Positions 45,203 through 53,497 of a stretch of DNA of 64,000 nucleotides are shown one piece after another. The DNA is taken from positions 41,803 through 105,802 of the forward strand of contig JAEKNO010000030.1 of the NCBI GenBank assembly GCA_016464725.1, read 5' to 3'. The stretch comes from Candidatus Dormiibacter inghamiae (GTDB lineage: Bacteria; Chloroflexota; Dormibacteria; Dormibacterales; Dormibacteraceae). Position numbers and translations under genes: made by a program. The notes beneath the pieces were generated by a model. That model had not been told where the DNA came from, did no database searches, and was given only the letters and a program-made list of their open reading frames with translations. Each line of letters opens with the position of its first letter. The stretch's first letter is position 1.

Positions 45203-46258
45203 CTAGCCCAGCTCACGCTCGACCCGGGCTCTGAGCTGGCCGCAGGCGGCGTCTCCCTCCCGCCCCCGCGTGTCGCGCAGCGTCACGTTCAGGCCCTGGG
45301 CGCGGATCTGAGCTGCGAACCGGCGCAGCGCCGGCGCCTCCGGCTCCCGGTAGGGCGTGTCATCGACGGGGTTGAAGGGGATGAGGTTGACATGCGCCAG
45401 CCGGCCCCGAAGCAAACTGCCGAGCTCCCGCGCGTCGCGCTCCGAGTCGTTCACACCGGCCAGCACCACCCACTCGTAGCTCACGCGCCGCCCTGTTTGT
45501 TGACCGAAGCGGTCAGCCGCAGCCACGACAGCCGCCAGCGGGTACTTGCGGTTGATGGGTACTAGGTCGTCGCGCAACTCGTCGCGGGCGGCGTGCAGTG
45601 AGATCGCCAGCGTCACGGGCAGGCCCTCGGCCGCCAAACGCTCGATGCGCGGCACCAGCCCAGCGGTTGAGACTGTGATGCGACGAGGGCTGATGCCGAG
45701 GCCACCCGGCTCGGCCAGGCAGCGCACCGCCGCCAGCACCGCTTCATAGTTGGCCATCGGCTCCCCCATGCCCATGAAAACTAGGTGGGAGAGACGCCTA
45801 CCCTCTTGCCGCAGAAGCCTGGCGGCGTCCACCCCCTGGTCGACTATCTCGTGGCTGCGGAGGTTGCGGCCGAAAGATCCCTGCCCGGTGGCGCAGAACG
45901 GACAGCCGATGGGGCAGCCGACCTGCGAGGAGATGCAGAGTGTGGTCCGGCGCTCGTAGCGCATCACCACCGCCTCCACTGTGTAGCCGCCCTCCAATCG
46001 ATAAAGCAGCTTGGTGGTAGAGGCTTGGTCGGCCTCGGTCCGGCGGATCTCCTCCAGAGAGTGGCTGCGGAAGTCCTCAGTCAGTTCCTGGCGAAGCTCG
46101 CTCGGCAGCTCACTCATGGCCTCGATCAGAGCTCCGCGCCAAAGGTCCTGCCGGATCTGCCGAGCGCGGTAGGGCGGCTGACCCCGAGCAGTCAGCCACT
46201 CGCTGAGATCATCGTCGGTCAGGCCACTGAGAGCCGGCTTCGCCGCCAGTGAGATCAC
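45203..46258 (-). CDS. rlmN: 23S rRNA/tRNA A-C2 methyltransferase RlmN (radical SAM)
   Basis: CISSQVGCPIGCPFCATG, and GMGEPMAN. Start set at in-frame GTG 46258, which has a -10-like TATCGT 6 nt upstream. The track ORF extends to 46408. Confidence 0.85.
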   Translation of the reverse strand: MISLAAKPALSGLTDDDLSEWLTARGQPPYRARQIRQDLWRGALIEAMSELPSELRQELTEDFRSHSLEEIRRTEADQASTTKLLYRLEGGYTVEAVVMRYERRTTLCISSQVGCPIGCPFCATGQGSFGRNLRSHEIVDQGVDAARLLRQEGRRLSHLVFMGMGEPMANYEAVLAAVRCLAEPGGLGISPRRITVSTAGLVPRIERLAAEGLPVTLAISLHAARDELRDDLVPINRKYPLAAVVAAADRFGQQTGRRVSYEWVVLAGVNDSERDARELGSLLRGRLAHVNLIPFNPVDDTPYREPEAPALRRFAAQIRAQGLNVTLRDTRGREGDAACGQLRARVERELG

Positions 46259-46277
46259 GCCGCTACGATACTGGCCG

Positions 46278-46928
46278 GTGCGCCGCCTCTTTCTGATCCT
46301 TGCGCCCCTGCTCGTGCTGGCCGCAGCCACGCCCGGCCAACGTCCCGCGGAGCGGCAGCCGCTGCCGGCGCCCAGCCCTGCCGCTGACGTAGACCACGGT
46401 GATGACATTCCAGAGTGGCTGCCCTATCTGGCAGCGCCGGCAAGCGGCCCTCGCCCCACCTTCAACTGGCCTCTGCGCGGATCCGTCTCGCAACCCTTTG
46501 GCTGCACTGGATTGGCTGCCGAGCGGGGCACGGCTGATTGCCCCGCCGGCTTTCACCAGGGCATTGATTTGGCGCAGCCTCCGGGCACGCCCATCGGGGC
46601 CGCAGCCGACGGTATCGCCTACGCCTTCCCCAACCGCGGCCGCTACGGCATCCACATCATCGTCCAGCATTCGAACGGCTATGCCACCGCCTACGGCCAC
46701 CTATCGCAGGCGACAGTCGGCTGGGGGGCGTTGGTCCGGGCGGGCCAGCAGATCGGGCTGGTCGGCACCACCGGCAACTCAACAGGTCCCCACCTCCACT
46801 TCGAGATCCGCTTCGCGGGCAGAGCGTTGGATCCGGCGCCCTACCTCGCCGCGCCCAAGTCCGACCCGGCGGTCCTACCCGCCGGCTGGCCAGGCGCCCC
46901 GGCGGACGACGGGCGCGGAATCCGCTGA
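46278..46928 (+). CDS. secreted M23 family metallopeptidase
   Basis: Signal peptide, then HQGIDL and GNSTGPHLHFEIR. Confidence 0.85.
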   Translation: MRRLFLILAPLLVLAAATPGQRPAERQPLPAPSPAADVDHGDDIPEWLPYLAAPASGPRPTFNWPLRGSVSQPFGCTGLAAERGTADCPAGFHQGIDLAQPPGTPIGAAADGIAYAFPNRGRYGIHIIVQHSNGYATAYGHLSQATVGWGALVRAGQQIGLVGTTGNSTGPHLHFEIRFAGRALDPAPYLAAPKSDPAVLPAGWPGAPADDGRGIR

Positions 46929-46950
46929 CCGCGCCGTTCCGCCGCTCCGG

Positions 46951-48225
46951 TCAGGCCTGGACGTCGCTTTCAGCGGGTTTCGGCGGCTGATACCTGCGCG
47001 CCTGTTCCGGCCGGCCGCGCCAGCGCCATTCCTCGGGCAGCATTGCCTCGAGCAGGTCGTCGTAGCTGACCACTCCCAGGATGCCGCCCCGCTCATCGAC
47101 AACCGGCAGCGAAGACAGGTTGTAGTCGGCCATCTGGACAGCCACCGAAGGCAGGTCGGCGTCGGCATAGACGGCAATGGGGTCGGAGGGAGAGAGATCG
47201 AGAAGAGTCGCTGACACTTCAGCGCAGAGCAGCTCCGCAAGACCGATAGCTCCTGACAATCGGCCGTCGACCAGGGTGTAGAGCGTGGTCAAGGTGGCGG
47301 GCACCTCCTCCAACCCACGAAGCCGCCGGATCGTTTGCTCCACTGTCAGAGCTGAGGGTAGAGCTATGAATTCGTTGCTCATGAGACCGCCAGCGGTCTC
47401 CGGGTTGTAGCCGAGCAGCTTGCGAACCTTGGCCTGCTGCTCAGGAGGCAGCAGCTCGAGCACGGGTCGGCGCTGCTCCTGGTCCAGCTCCATCAGCATG
47501 TCGGTCGCGGCGTCGGGATCCATGTTGGCGAGGATGGTTGCCACCTCCTCCCGGCTCCGGCCCTTGATGAACTCCAGCTGATGCTCTTCGTCCAGCTCCT
47601 CGAAAACGTCAGCTTCGAGTTCGTGGTCGTGCTGGACCGCGTCAAGAATCTCCTCGCCCTCATCATGCGAGGCCTCTTCCACGATGTCAGCGATATCGGC
47701 CGGCCTGAGTTTGGCCAAGCGGGAGGAGGGGCCCACCTGAGCCGACGGCACGTGACTCACCAGCGGCTCCACGCGCCTCCAGTCGATCTCACTCTGCTGG
47801 ACCCTGCCCAGGCCGAACGCGGCCAGGAGTCGGGAGGGAGGTGAGGGCACTATGCCGACCACCCGCCAGGAGCCCTGCTCACCTTCCAGCACGAGGTCCC
47901 TGACCCTCACCAGGCGGGCCGCATCGACATCGATGACTGAGTGACCCTGGACATCGCCCTCCAGCAGGACTTCCCCCGGGCGCCGTTCGAAAGGACGGCT
48001 GTCGACGCTCTCGGTGCGCAGCCTGCCGCCGTTGGCCGAGAGCTCGCTCAGATCGCGGGCGGAAACGAAGACGTCCTTGCCGTCCCGGTGGACGAGCACG
48101 CCTGTAACAGTGGGCAGGCCGCCATCGACCAGCTTCACCACACCGTCGACAATCTTGCCTACCTCGTTGCCGGACGCGGTCAGCAATGGCTGATCGTTCA
48201 GCTTCGAGAAGTGCAGCCTGGCCAA
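46951..48225 (-). CDS. soluble PRC-barrel + MgtE N-domain + CBS-pair protein (no MgtE membrane pore)
   Basis: LRPADIADIVEE...ILANMDPDAATDMLMEL...LLGYNPETAGGLMSNEF, then two CBS motifs (LPVVDERGGILGVVSYDDLLEAM). The protein ends 30 aa later with no hydrophobic segment. Confidence 0.8.
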   Translation of the reverse strand: MARLHFSKLNDQPLLTASGNEVGKIVDGVVKLVDGGLPTVTGVLVHRDGKDVFVSARDLSELSANGGRLRTESVDSRPFERRPGEVLLEGDVQGHSVIDVDAARLVRVRDLVLEGEQGSWRVVGIVPSPPSRLLAAFGLGRVQQSEIDWRRVEPLVSHVPSAQVGPSSRLAKLRPADIADIVEEASHDEGEEILDAVQHDHELEADVFEELDEEHQLEFIKGRSREEVATILANMDPDAATDMLMELDQEQRRPVLELLPPEQQAKVRKLLGYNPETAGGLMSNEFIALPSALTVEQTIRRLRGLEEVPATLTTLYTLVDGRLSGAIGLAELLCAEVSATLLDLSPSDPIAVYADADLPSVAVQMADYNLSSLPVVDERGGILGVVSYDDLLEAMLPEEWRWRGRPEQARRYQPPKPAESDVQA

Positions 48226-48243
48226 AGTGATGTACCTCCTAGC

Positions 48244-49911
48244 TTAACTATGAGCGCCAGCCGCCAACTGGATGCTTTTCACCACCAACAACAGTGCAGC
48301 GATAACCAGATACGCACGTAGAGCGGACATGCCGAACCGCCGCATGGGCGACCAGGTCGGCCGGTCCAGCAGCGCCAGGGGCGGCATAGTCCAGCCCTGC
48401 TGCCTTTGGCGCCGAGCTGCCGTCCGGTCAGTCCTGTGTCCTCTGCCCCTCACCGCCAGGACGGCGCCAAGGCTGAGCAATGCAGCCAGTACCAGTGCCG
48501 CCGTCACCGCGGCCAGGCTCTTCACGTCAACCCCGGGGAAAAGGGTGGTCACAGTCAGGATCCCAGACAGCGTCAGCAGCACTGTGATGATGACGGCTGC
48601 GATCGCGTTAAGCCAGGCCGGGTTCACCCAGGGCCCGAGCACCGCCCGGTCGTTGCAGAGGAGGAGTAGAAAAACGCTGGCGCTCGGCAGCAGCAGCCCT
48701 GCCAAGGCCTGCACGGCTGTGGTGATCAATCCGAGCGGCGCGTGGGGGATCAGGACGATGGCGGCGGCCCCTACGACAAGAGCCGCGAAGCTGGCGTAAA
48801 AGCCGCGCGCCTCCCGGAAATTCCAATGCAGCGAGTGGCGAACACCGAAGGTGTCCCCGGCAGCGTAGGAGGTGGCCAGGGCCACAGCCGACGCACCGAT
48901 CAGTGAGGCATTGAGGAGCACTATGGCAAACATTGCGCCGGCGGGTTTGCCCAAGGCCCGGCTGAGACTGTGCCCTGTCTGACCGGCATCACTGAAGTGG
49001 CCGAAGTCGGCTGAGCCCCCGAACGCTGCGGCGCAGGTCACGACGAGCGCTGCCGCACCGATGACCGTGATGACTGAGCCCAAAACGGTGTCAGCCCGCT
49101 CGTAGGAGATCCAGCGCGGTGTGATGCGCTTGTCGACAATGTTTGACTGCTGGAAGAAAAGCTGCCAGGGAGCCACTGTCGTGCCCACTATCGCGATTAC
49201 CAGCAGGATCGAGTCTCCGGTCAGTCCGCCCTGAATCCCCGGCACCACGAAGTCATGCACGACCGGCCCGATCTGCGGGTGGCTGATCACGACCAACGGG
49301 ATCACCAGGAAATTGGCAGCGACGAAGACGAAGAGCACACGCTCCCATCTGCGGAAGCTACCCGACGCAGTCACGACGATGAGCGCCAAGCCGGCGAGTG
49401 GAACCGATATGTATGGGCTCAGGCCGAAGTACTCCAGCGCCAGGCTGACGCCTATGAACTCGGTTACCAGCGTCAGAAAGTTGAGCAGAAAGAGGTCTCC
49501 GACTGCGAAAATCCCCCACCACTTGCCGAAGCGCTCAAAAATCATCTTGCCGTGGCCCATCCCAGTCACGGCGCCCAGGCGCACCACCATCTCCTGGTTC
49601 ACAATCAGGACCGGGATCAGCAGCAGCAGCTCCCACAAAAGGCTGGTGCCGTAGTTTTGGCCGGCCTGAGCGTAGGTGGCGACGCCGCCGGCGTCGTTGT
49701 CACCGACCATGACTATGATGCCGGGACCGATGACCGCCAGGAGGACGAGCAATCGCTGGCGCAGCGAGCGCGGCGGCCCCGAACCGAGCCTGATCGTTCC
49801 CAGCGCACCCGTGATGTCGCCGACGTGCGCCGGATCCAGGACGGCCCGCGAGGTACTGACTGGATCAATGCCCTCTCGGGGCTCGACCGAAGATCCGCGC
49901 TGGTTGCTCAT
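48244..49911 (-). CDS. NRAMP-fold transporter with NRMT-type (Mg2+) metal-site substitutions
   Basis: IGPGIIVMVGDNDAGGVATYAQAGQNYG (DPGN becomes DAGG) and IVGTTVAPWQLFFQQS (A..MPHN becomes T..APWQ). Strong SD AAGGAGGTG lies 6 nt before the ATG. Confidence 0.85.
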   Translation of the reverse strand: MSNQRGSSVEPREGIDPVSTSRAVLDPAHVGDITGALGTIRLGSGPPRSLRQRLLVLLAVIGPGIIVMVGDNDAGGVATYAQAGQNYGTSLLWELLLLIPVLIVNQEMVVRLGAVTGMGHGKMIFERFGKWWGIFAVGDLFLLNFLTLVTEFIGVSLALEYFGLSPYISVPLAGLALIVVTASGSFRRWERVLFVFVAANFLVIPLVVISHPQIGPVVHDFVVPGIQGGLTGDSILLVIAIVGTTVAPWQLFFQQSNIVDKRITPRWISYERADTVLGSVITVIGAAALVVTCAAAFGGSADFGHFSDAGQTGHSLSRALGKPAGAMFAIVLLNASLIGASAVALATSYAAGDTFGVRHSLHWNFREARGFYASFAALVVGAAAIVLIPHAPLGLITTAVQALAGLLLPSASVFLLLLCNDRAVLGPWVNPAWLNAIAAVIITVLLTLSGILTVTTLFPGVDVKSLAAVTAALVLAALLSLGAVLAVRGRGHRTDRTAARRQRQQGWTMPPLALLDRPTWSPMRRFGMSALRAYLVIAALLLVVKSIQLAAGAHS

Positions 49912-49970
49912 CTAACACCTCCTTTTGGTTGAGTGCGTTTCCTCTGTCCCGCACTCCGACAGGAGCTGAG

Positions 49971-50039
49971 CTAGCTGGTGCGAGCGATTCCCAGACGGGG
50001 CGCAGGGACGTCTTTCAAGTTCCGTTGGTCGGGACTCAT
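49971..50039 (-). CDS. candidate 22-codon leader uORF in the riboswitch expression platform
   Basis: AAAGGAGG-cgt-ATG, then MSPDQRNLKDVPAPRLGIARTS and a stop. The SD spacing is short (3 nt) and no homology is claimed. Confidence 0.25.
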   Translation of the reverse strand: MSPDQRNLKDVPAPRLGIARTS

Positions 50040-50131
50040 ACGCCTCCTTTCAACGCCCCTCATCGCTGGACCTCCGAGCGGGATGGCGCCTTGGGCAGGC
50101 TCAGGGCGGCGAGGCCGTCGTGTGCACCCCA

Positions 50132-50273
50132 CTCGTTTAGCTTTGGCGCCGCACGGCTTAGACTTTCGTCAGCCCGCTGACCCCTTAGCCGGGGGCACCT
50201 GTCCTGATCCGGCGCGCCTCCCGACGTTTTGGATCAGTGGCCTCTTTCCCGTGTGGTTGCCTCGCCTAACGAG
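50132..50273 (-). promoter_or_regulatory. M-box (ykoK leader) Mg2+ riboswitch aptamer
   Basis: The conserved blocks appear in the correct order on the minus strand: P1 CUCGUU/AACGAG; GUUAGGCGAGGC; helix CUGAUCC/GGAUCAG around AAAACGUC..GGCGC; CUAAGG; CAAAGCUAAACGAG. It lies about 220 nt upstream of the transporter ATG. Confidence 0.85.
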
Positions 50274-50302
50274 GCGCAGCAAACTGCTGAACCAGGATAT
50301 CA

Positions 50303-50329
50303 CCTTCCGCCCGGGATCCCGGCGGAAGG
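50303..50329 (-). terminator. strong GC hairpin 9 nt after the MBL-fold gene stop, terminator-like (no U-tract)
   Basis: CCTTCCGCC.GG-GATC-CC.GGCGGAAGG: a 9-bp stem plus 2 further bp. It separates the upstream gene from the M-box leader. Confidence 0.4.
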
Positions 50330-50338
50330 CCGGTCGCC

Positions 50339-51103
50339 TCATCCACTGGACCTGTAAAAGCCGCCCACCTCCCTCGCCCGGCCTTCCTGGATCAGCTTCC
50401 GCAGGTGTGCCTGCAGCGTCATCTCGGCTGCCTGCCGCAGTGCTGAGCCGGCCTCTAGCTCGGCATAGACGCGGTTGGCCAGCCCGCCCAGATCGGTGGG
50501 ACCGGCGGCCAGAGCGCTCAGCACCTGGAGCTCGCGTTGCAGGCGATGCTGCCGGTATTCGGCGATCTTGGCGGCCGGATCCTGGATCGGATCCCAATGA
50601 CCAGGAAAGATGAGGCGCGGTTTCAGCTCGGCGACAAGGTCCAGCGAGCGAAGATATTGAGCGACGTCGCCTTCTGGATAGGTGACCATCGAGCTGCCGC
50701 GACCGAGGATGAGATCGCCACTGAAGAGCACCCTGTCCTCGGCCAGCCAGAAGGCGAGGTGGTCGGCGGCGTGGCCAGGCGTATGCAGCGCGATCACGCT
50801 CAGCCGACCGATGCGCACCACCTCTCCGTGCTGCAGCTGAGGGAAGCGCAAGACGCGGGCGTGGTGGGCCGCGGCGAGCCGCTCGGCACCCTCCAGGTGA
50901 TCCGCGTGTGAGTGCGTCACAAGTACGGCTCCCAGCGCCTGCTGGCCAAGCGCCGCAACTATGCGCCCGCGGTGCACAGACGAGTCGGGGCCGGGATCTA
51001 TCACCAGCTTGACGGGCTCGTCGCCCACTACCCAGGTGTTGGTGCCGGGACCCGTGTAGGGGCTGGCGTTGGCAGCCAGGACCCTGCGCACTGTGGTCAT
51101 CAA
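50339..51103 (-). CDS. MBL-fold metallo-hydrolase
   Basis: HxHxDH motif (LVTHSHADHLEG) and downstream His/Asp blocks. Confidence 0.8.
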   Translation of the reverse strand: MMTTVRRVLAANASPYTGPGTNTWVVGDEPVKLVIDPGPDSSVHRGRIVAALGQQALGAVLVTHSHADHLEGAERLAAAHHARVLRFPQLQHGEVVRIGRLSVIALHTPGHAADHLAFWLAEDRVLFSGDLILGRGSSMVTYPEGDVAQYLRSLDLVAELKPRLIFPGHWDPIQDPAAKIAEYRQHRLQRELQVLSALAAGPTDLGGLANRVYAELEAGSALRQAAEMTLQAHLRKLIQEGRAREVGGFYRSSG

Positions 51104-51125
51104 GCGTGCCCGCCCAGTAAGACCT

Positions 51126-51251
51126 CTACGGCTGCGGTCGGCTGCGGGAGATGGCGACGACTATGAGGATCGCCAGCACGATGGCGAGGCCGACCGGCAG
51201 GAGCGGCACGCCGATGGGCACCTTCTTACCCCCTCCTCTCCGCGCTGACAT
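51126..51251 (-). CDS. possible 41-aa single-TM peptide
   Basis: MSARRGGGKKVPIGVPLLPVGLAIVLAILIVVAISRSRPQP fills the GNAT-MBL gap. No SD was seen, and it overlaps the GNAT 3' end by 26 nt. Confidence 0.25.
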   Translation of the reverse strand: MSARRGGGKKVPIGVPLLPVGLAIVLAILIVVAISRSRPQP

Positions 51252-51780
51252 CCAGGCGCAGCAGCGAGTAGATGACCATGTCATGCCAGCCGCCCGCTCG
51301 GAACTGGGCACCGCGGAGAACGCCCTCCCGGCTGAAGCCGGCTTTCTCCAGCGCTCGCTGCTCGGCCAGGTTTTCCACGTCGGTCGACGCTTCGAGCCGA
51401 TTCACGTTCGTGCTGGCGAAGAGCCGCCTGGCCAGCAGCTGCTGCGCCTCCACCCCGTAACCGTGGCCGCGCGCCTCCGGGATCAGGGCGATGCCGATGT
51501 TCCAAGCCCGAGATTCAGGATTAGGTCCATGGCTCACAGCGTGCCACGTCAGCGTGCCCAACGGGGTCGCGTCGGCACTTCGCTCGACGATGAGCAGGCC
51601 GCGCTCGTCGCTGATCAACCCTTGTCTCGTCAGCACCCGGGAGAGAGAGGCAGACGGCGCCGGACCGAAGTCGTTGAAGGAGCCGCGATAGAGCGGCGAG
51701 CTGTTCCAGCGATCGAGCAGAGGGCCGTCTCTCGAGGTCGCCTCGCGGAGCCGGACGCGGGTCGCGATCTCCCCGCTCAC
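51226..51780 (-). CDS. GNAT family N-acetyltransferase (RimJ/RimL-like)
   Basis: GYGVEAQQLLARRLF...NRLEASTDVENLAEQRALEKAGFSREGVLR. Confidence 0.8.
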   Translation of the reverse strand: MSGEIATRVRLREATSRDGPLLDRWNSSPLYRGSFNDFGPAPSASLSRVLTRQGLISDERGLLIVERSADATPLGTLTWHAVSHGPNPESRAWNIGIALIPEARGHGYGVEAQQLLARRLFASTNVNRLEASTDVENLAEQRALEKAGFSREGVLRGAQFRAGGWHDMVIYSLLRLDVSAERRG

Positions 51781-51781
51781 C

Positions 51782-52549
51782 TCAGGCGGCCGGCAGGTAG
51801 ATGCTCGCCAGGCCGCCCTCCTCGGGATCGAACCAGCCGCCCAGCCGCGTCTCCACGAGGAGGCGGATCAAAGGCTCACCCAGCTCGGGGACAGGTAAAG
51901 GCGCCCGCTCGCCGGCCGGTTCCAGGCGCAGTCGCCACCAGTCTCCTGAGGCCGTAGCGCTGAAGCAGGAGCCGGCGCCGCCAAGCCAGTCATACGTGCG
52001 GCTCAGCGCCTGCAGCAGCGATGGCTCGGAGGCAGTGACACGCGCCTGGGTGGGCACGCTGCGCTGCGCCCCCGGCGCCGCCAAGTTGAGGACGGCGCCC
52101 AGAACCACCGCGCGCTGCTCATCGCTCGGTTCGACCGCCAGCAGCTCCAGACCCTCAGCCCGCCGGCCGACCTCGAGGGCCAGGTCATGAATGTCCTCGA
52201 CGGAAACCGGGCGGCCGTAGGCCGACTGCCGGGTCAGCTCGCGCAGCGCAAGTAGCGAGGAACGCAGCTTGTGGCCGAGACGTTCGATGAGCCAGGTGCG
52301 GCCTTCGTCCGCCAGCTGTTGCGCCAGGAGCTCCGCCTGGCGGGCGGCTGCGCGGCCGTGCTGCGGGTCACGGGCCCAGCCGCAGAGACGGCCGCCGATG
52401 CGCAACTCGGTCCAAGGCCCGCCGGGCGGCGGTTGGTTAGCGGGTCCGTGCCGGCGGCCGCCAGGTACTTCCTGTAGCACTCCGCCGATGCGAACCCACA
52501 TCGGCGTGGAGTCGTCCCCCGGGCCGGTCAATCTGGCAGCCTCCGTCAT
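51782..52549 (-). CDS. cytoplasmic histidine-kinase-like protein with a degenerate ATP-binding domain
   Basis: H-box-like ERLGHKLRSSLLALRELTRQ. The C-terminal region aligns loosely to HATPase_c, but the N-box Asn and the G1/G2 glycine motifs are absent. Confidence 0.45.
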   Translation of the reverse strand: MTEAARLTGPGDDSTPMWVRIGGVLQEVPGGRRHGPANQPPPGGPWTELRIGGRLCGWARDPQHGRAAARQAELLAQQLADEGRTWLIERLGHKLRSSLLALRELTRQSAYGRPVSVEDIHDLALEVGRRAEGLELLAVEPSDEQRAVVLGAVLNLAAPGAQRSVPTQARVTASEPSLLQALSRTYDWLGGAGSCFSATASGDWWRLRLEPAGERAPLPVPELGEPLIRLLVETRLGGWFDPEEGGLASIYLPAA

Positions 52550-52633
52550 CAGTGAGGAACATAACCGCTTTCAACCCTTCCGCCAGCGCTGGACGCTGCA
52601 TCGGAACTCGCGCTCTTATACGATCCTCACAGA

Positions 52634-53398
52634 GTGCCGATACCCCGGAATCGACCCCGGCCCCCCCTGCCCCAAGGTCTGGACGTCTTCCGACCCGACG
52701 AGGTGATCGCCTCGACAGTGCTCGTCGTGGAGGACGAGCCTCCCATGCTGGCTCAGCTGGAGCTTGACCTCAAGCTGCTCGGTTACCAGCCCCGGACCGC
52801 CGCCGATGCCGAGACCGCGCGCCGCGTTCTGAGCGAGGAACGGATCGCCGGCATTCTCTTGGACCTCATCCTCGATGAGCGAGAGGAAACCGGGTTCGAG
52901 CTGCTCCGCTGGATCCGCCAGCACCATCCCGGACTGCCGGTGGTGGTACTGTCGGCGGCCAACGCGAGTTCCGCCTCCATCCGTCGAGCGTTCGAGCTCG
53001 GCGCAAGCAGCTATTTCGTCAAGGGAGCCGCCGGGCTGGGCCACATCTACTCCGACCTGGGCGCCCGCTTGGCCGAGGGCGGCGGCAGCCGCGGCGGCAG
53101 CTATATGTTTGGCCGGCTCGAATTCGACCCGGTCCGCCGCACGGTTAGCCTCGGCAGCGAGCAAATCCGGCTCACCTCACAGCAGACCTCGCTGCTCGTC
53201 CACCTCTCCCACGGGTCGAAGGCGGCCACGGCGGGCGACCTCATTGAGGCCGGGCTCTTCCGCCCTGACGCTGCGCGCTCAACCGTGCACTCGGCACTGC
53301 TGACGCTGCGCCGAAAGCTGGACGAGCTGGAGCCGGGACTGGGCGGCCGGTTTCTCTCCTCGACGGCCCGCGGCTATTCCCTCAGCAGCACTATCTAA
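52634..53398 (+). CDS. OmpR/PhoB-type response regulator
   Basis: Receiver domain: VLVVEDE, ILLDLIL, VVVLSA, YFVKG. Followed by a winged-helix output domain (FGRLEFDP...IRLTSQQTSLL...ARGYSL). Confidence 0.85.
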   Translation: MPIPRNRPRPPLPQGLDVFRPDEVIASTVLVVEDEPPMLAQLELDLKLLGYQPRTAADAETARRVLSEERIAGILLDLILDEREETGFELLRWIRQHHPGLPVVVLSAANASSASIRRAFELGASSYFVKGAAGLGHIYSDLGARLAEGGGSRGGSYMFGRLEFDPVRRTVSLGSEQIRLTSQQTSLLVHLSHGSKAATAGDLIEAGLFRPDAARSTVHSALLTLRRKLDELEPGLGGRFLSSTARGYSLSSTI

Positions 53399-53497
53399 CG
53401 TTCGTACGCTGCGGGGCGGATATCGGTGCGCTGCCGCGATCCAGAAGGCTTCGAGTGGGCTAGCAACCCCACCAGGACGGCCACTGAACGTGCCGTA

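Noticed and set aside
50303-50329. The GC hairpin upstream of the M-box as part of the riboswitch.
   Set aside because: It lies outside the P1 helix and immediately follows the stop codon of the preceding gene. It is better explained as that gene's terminator or insulator.
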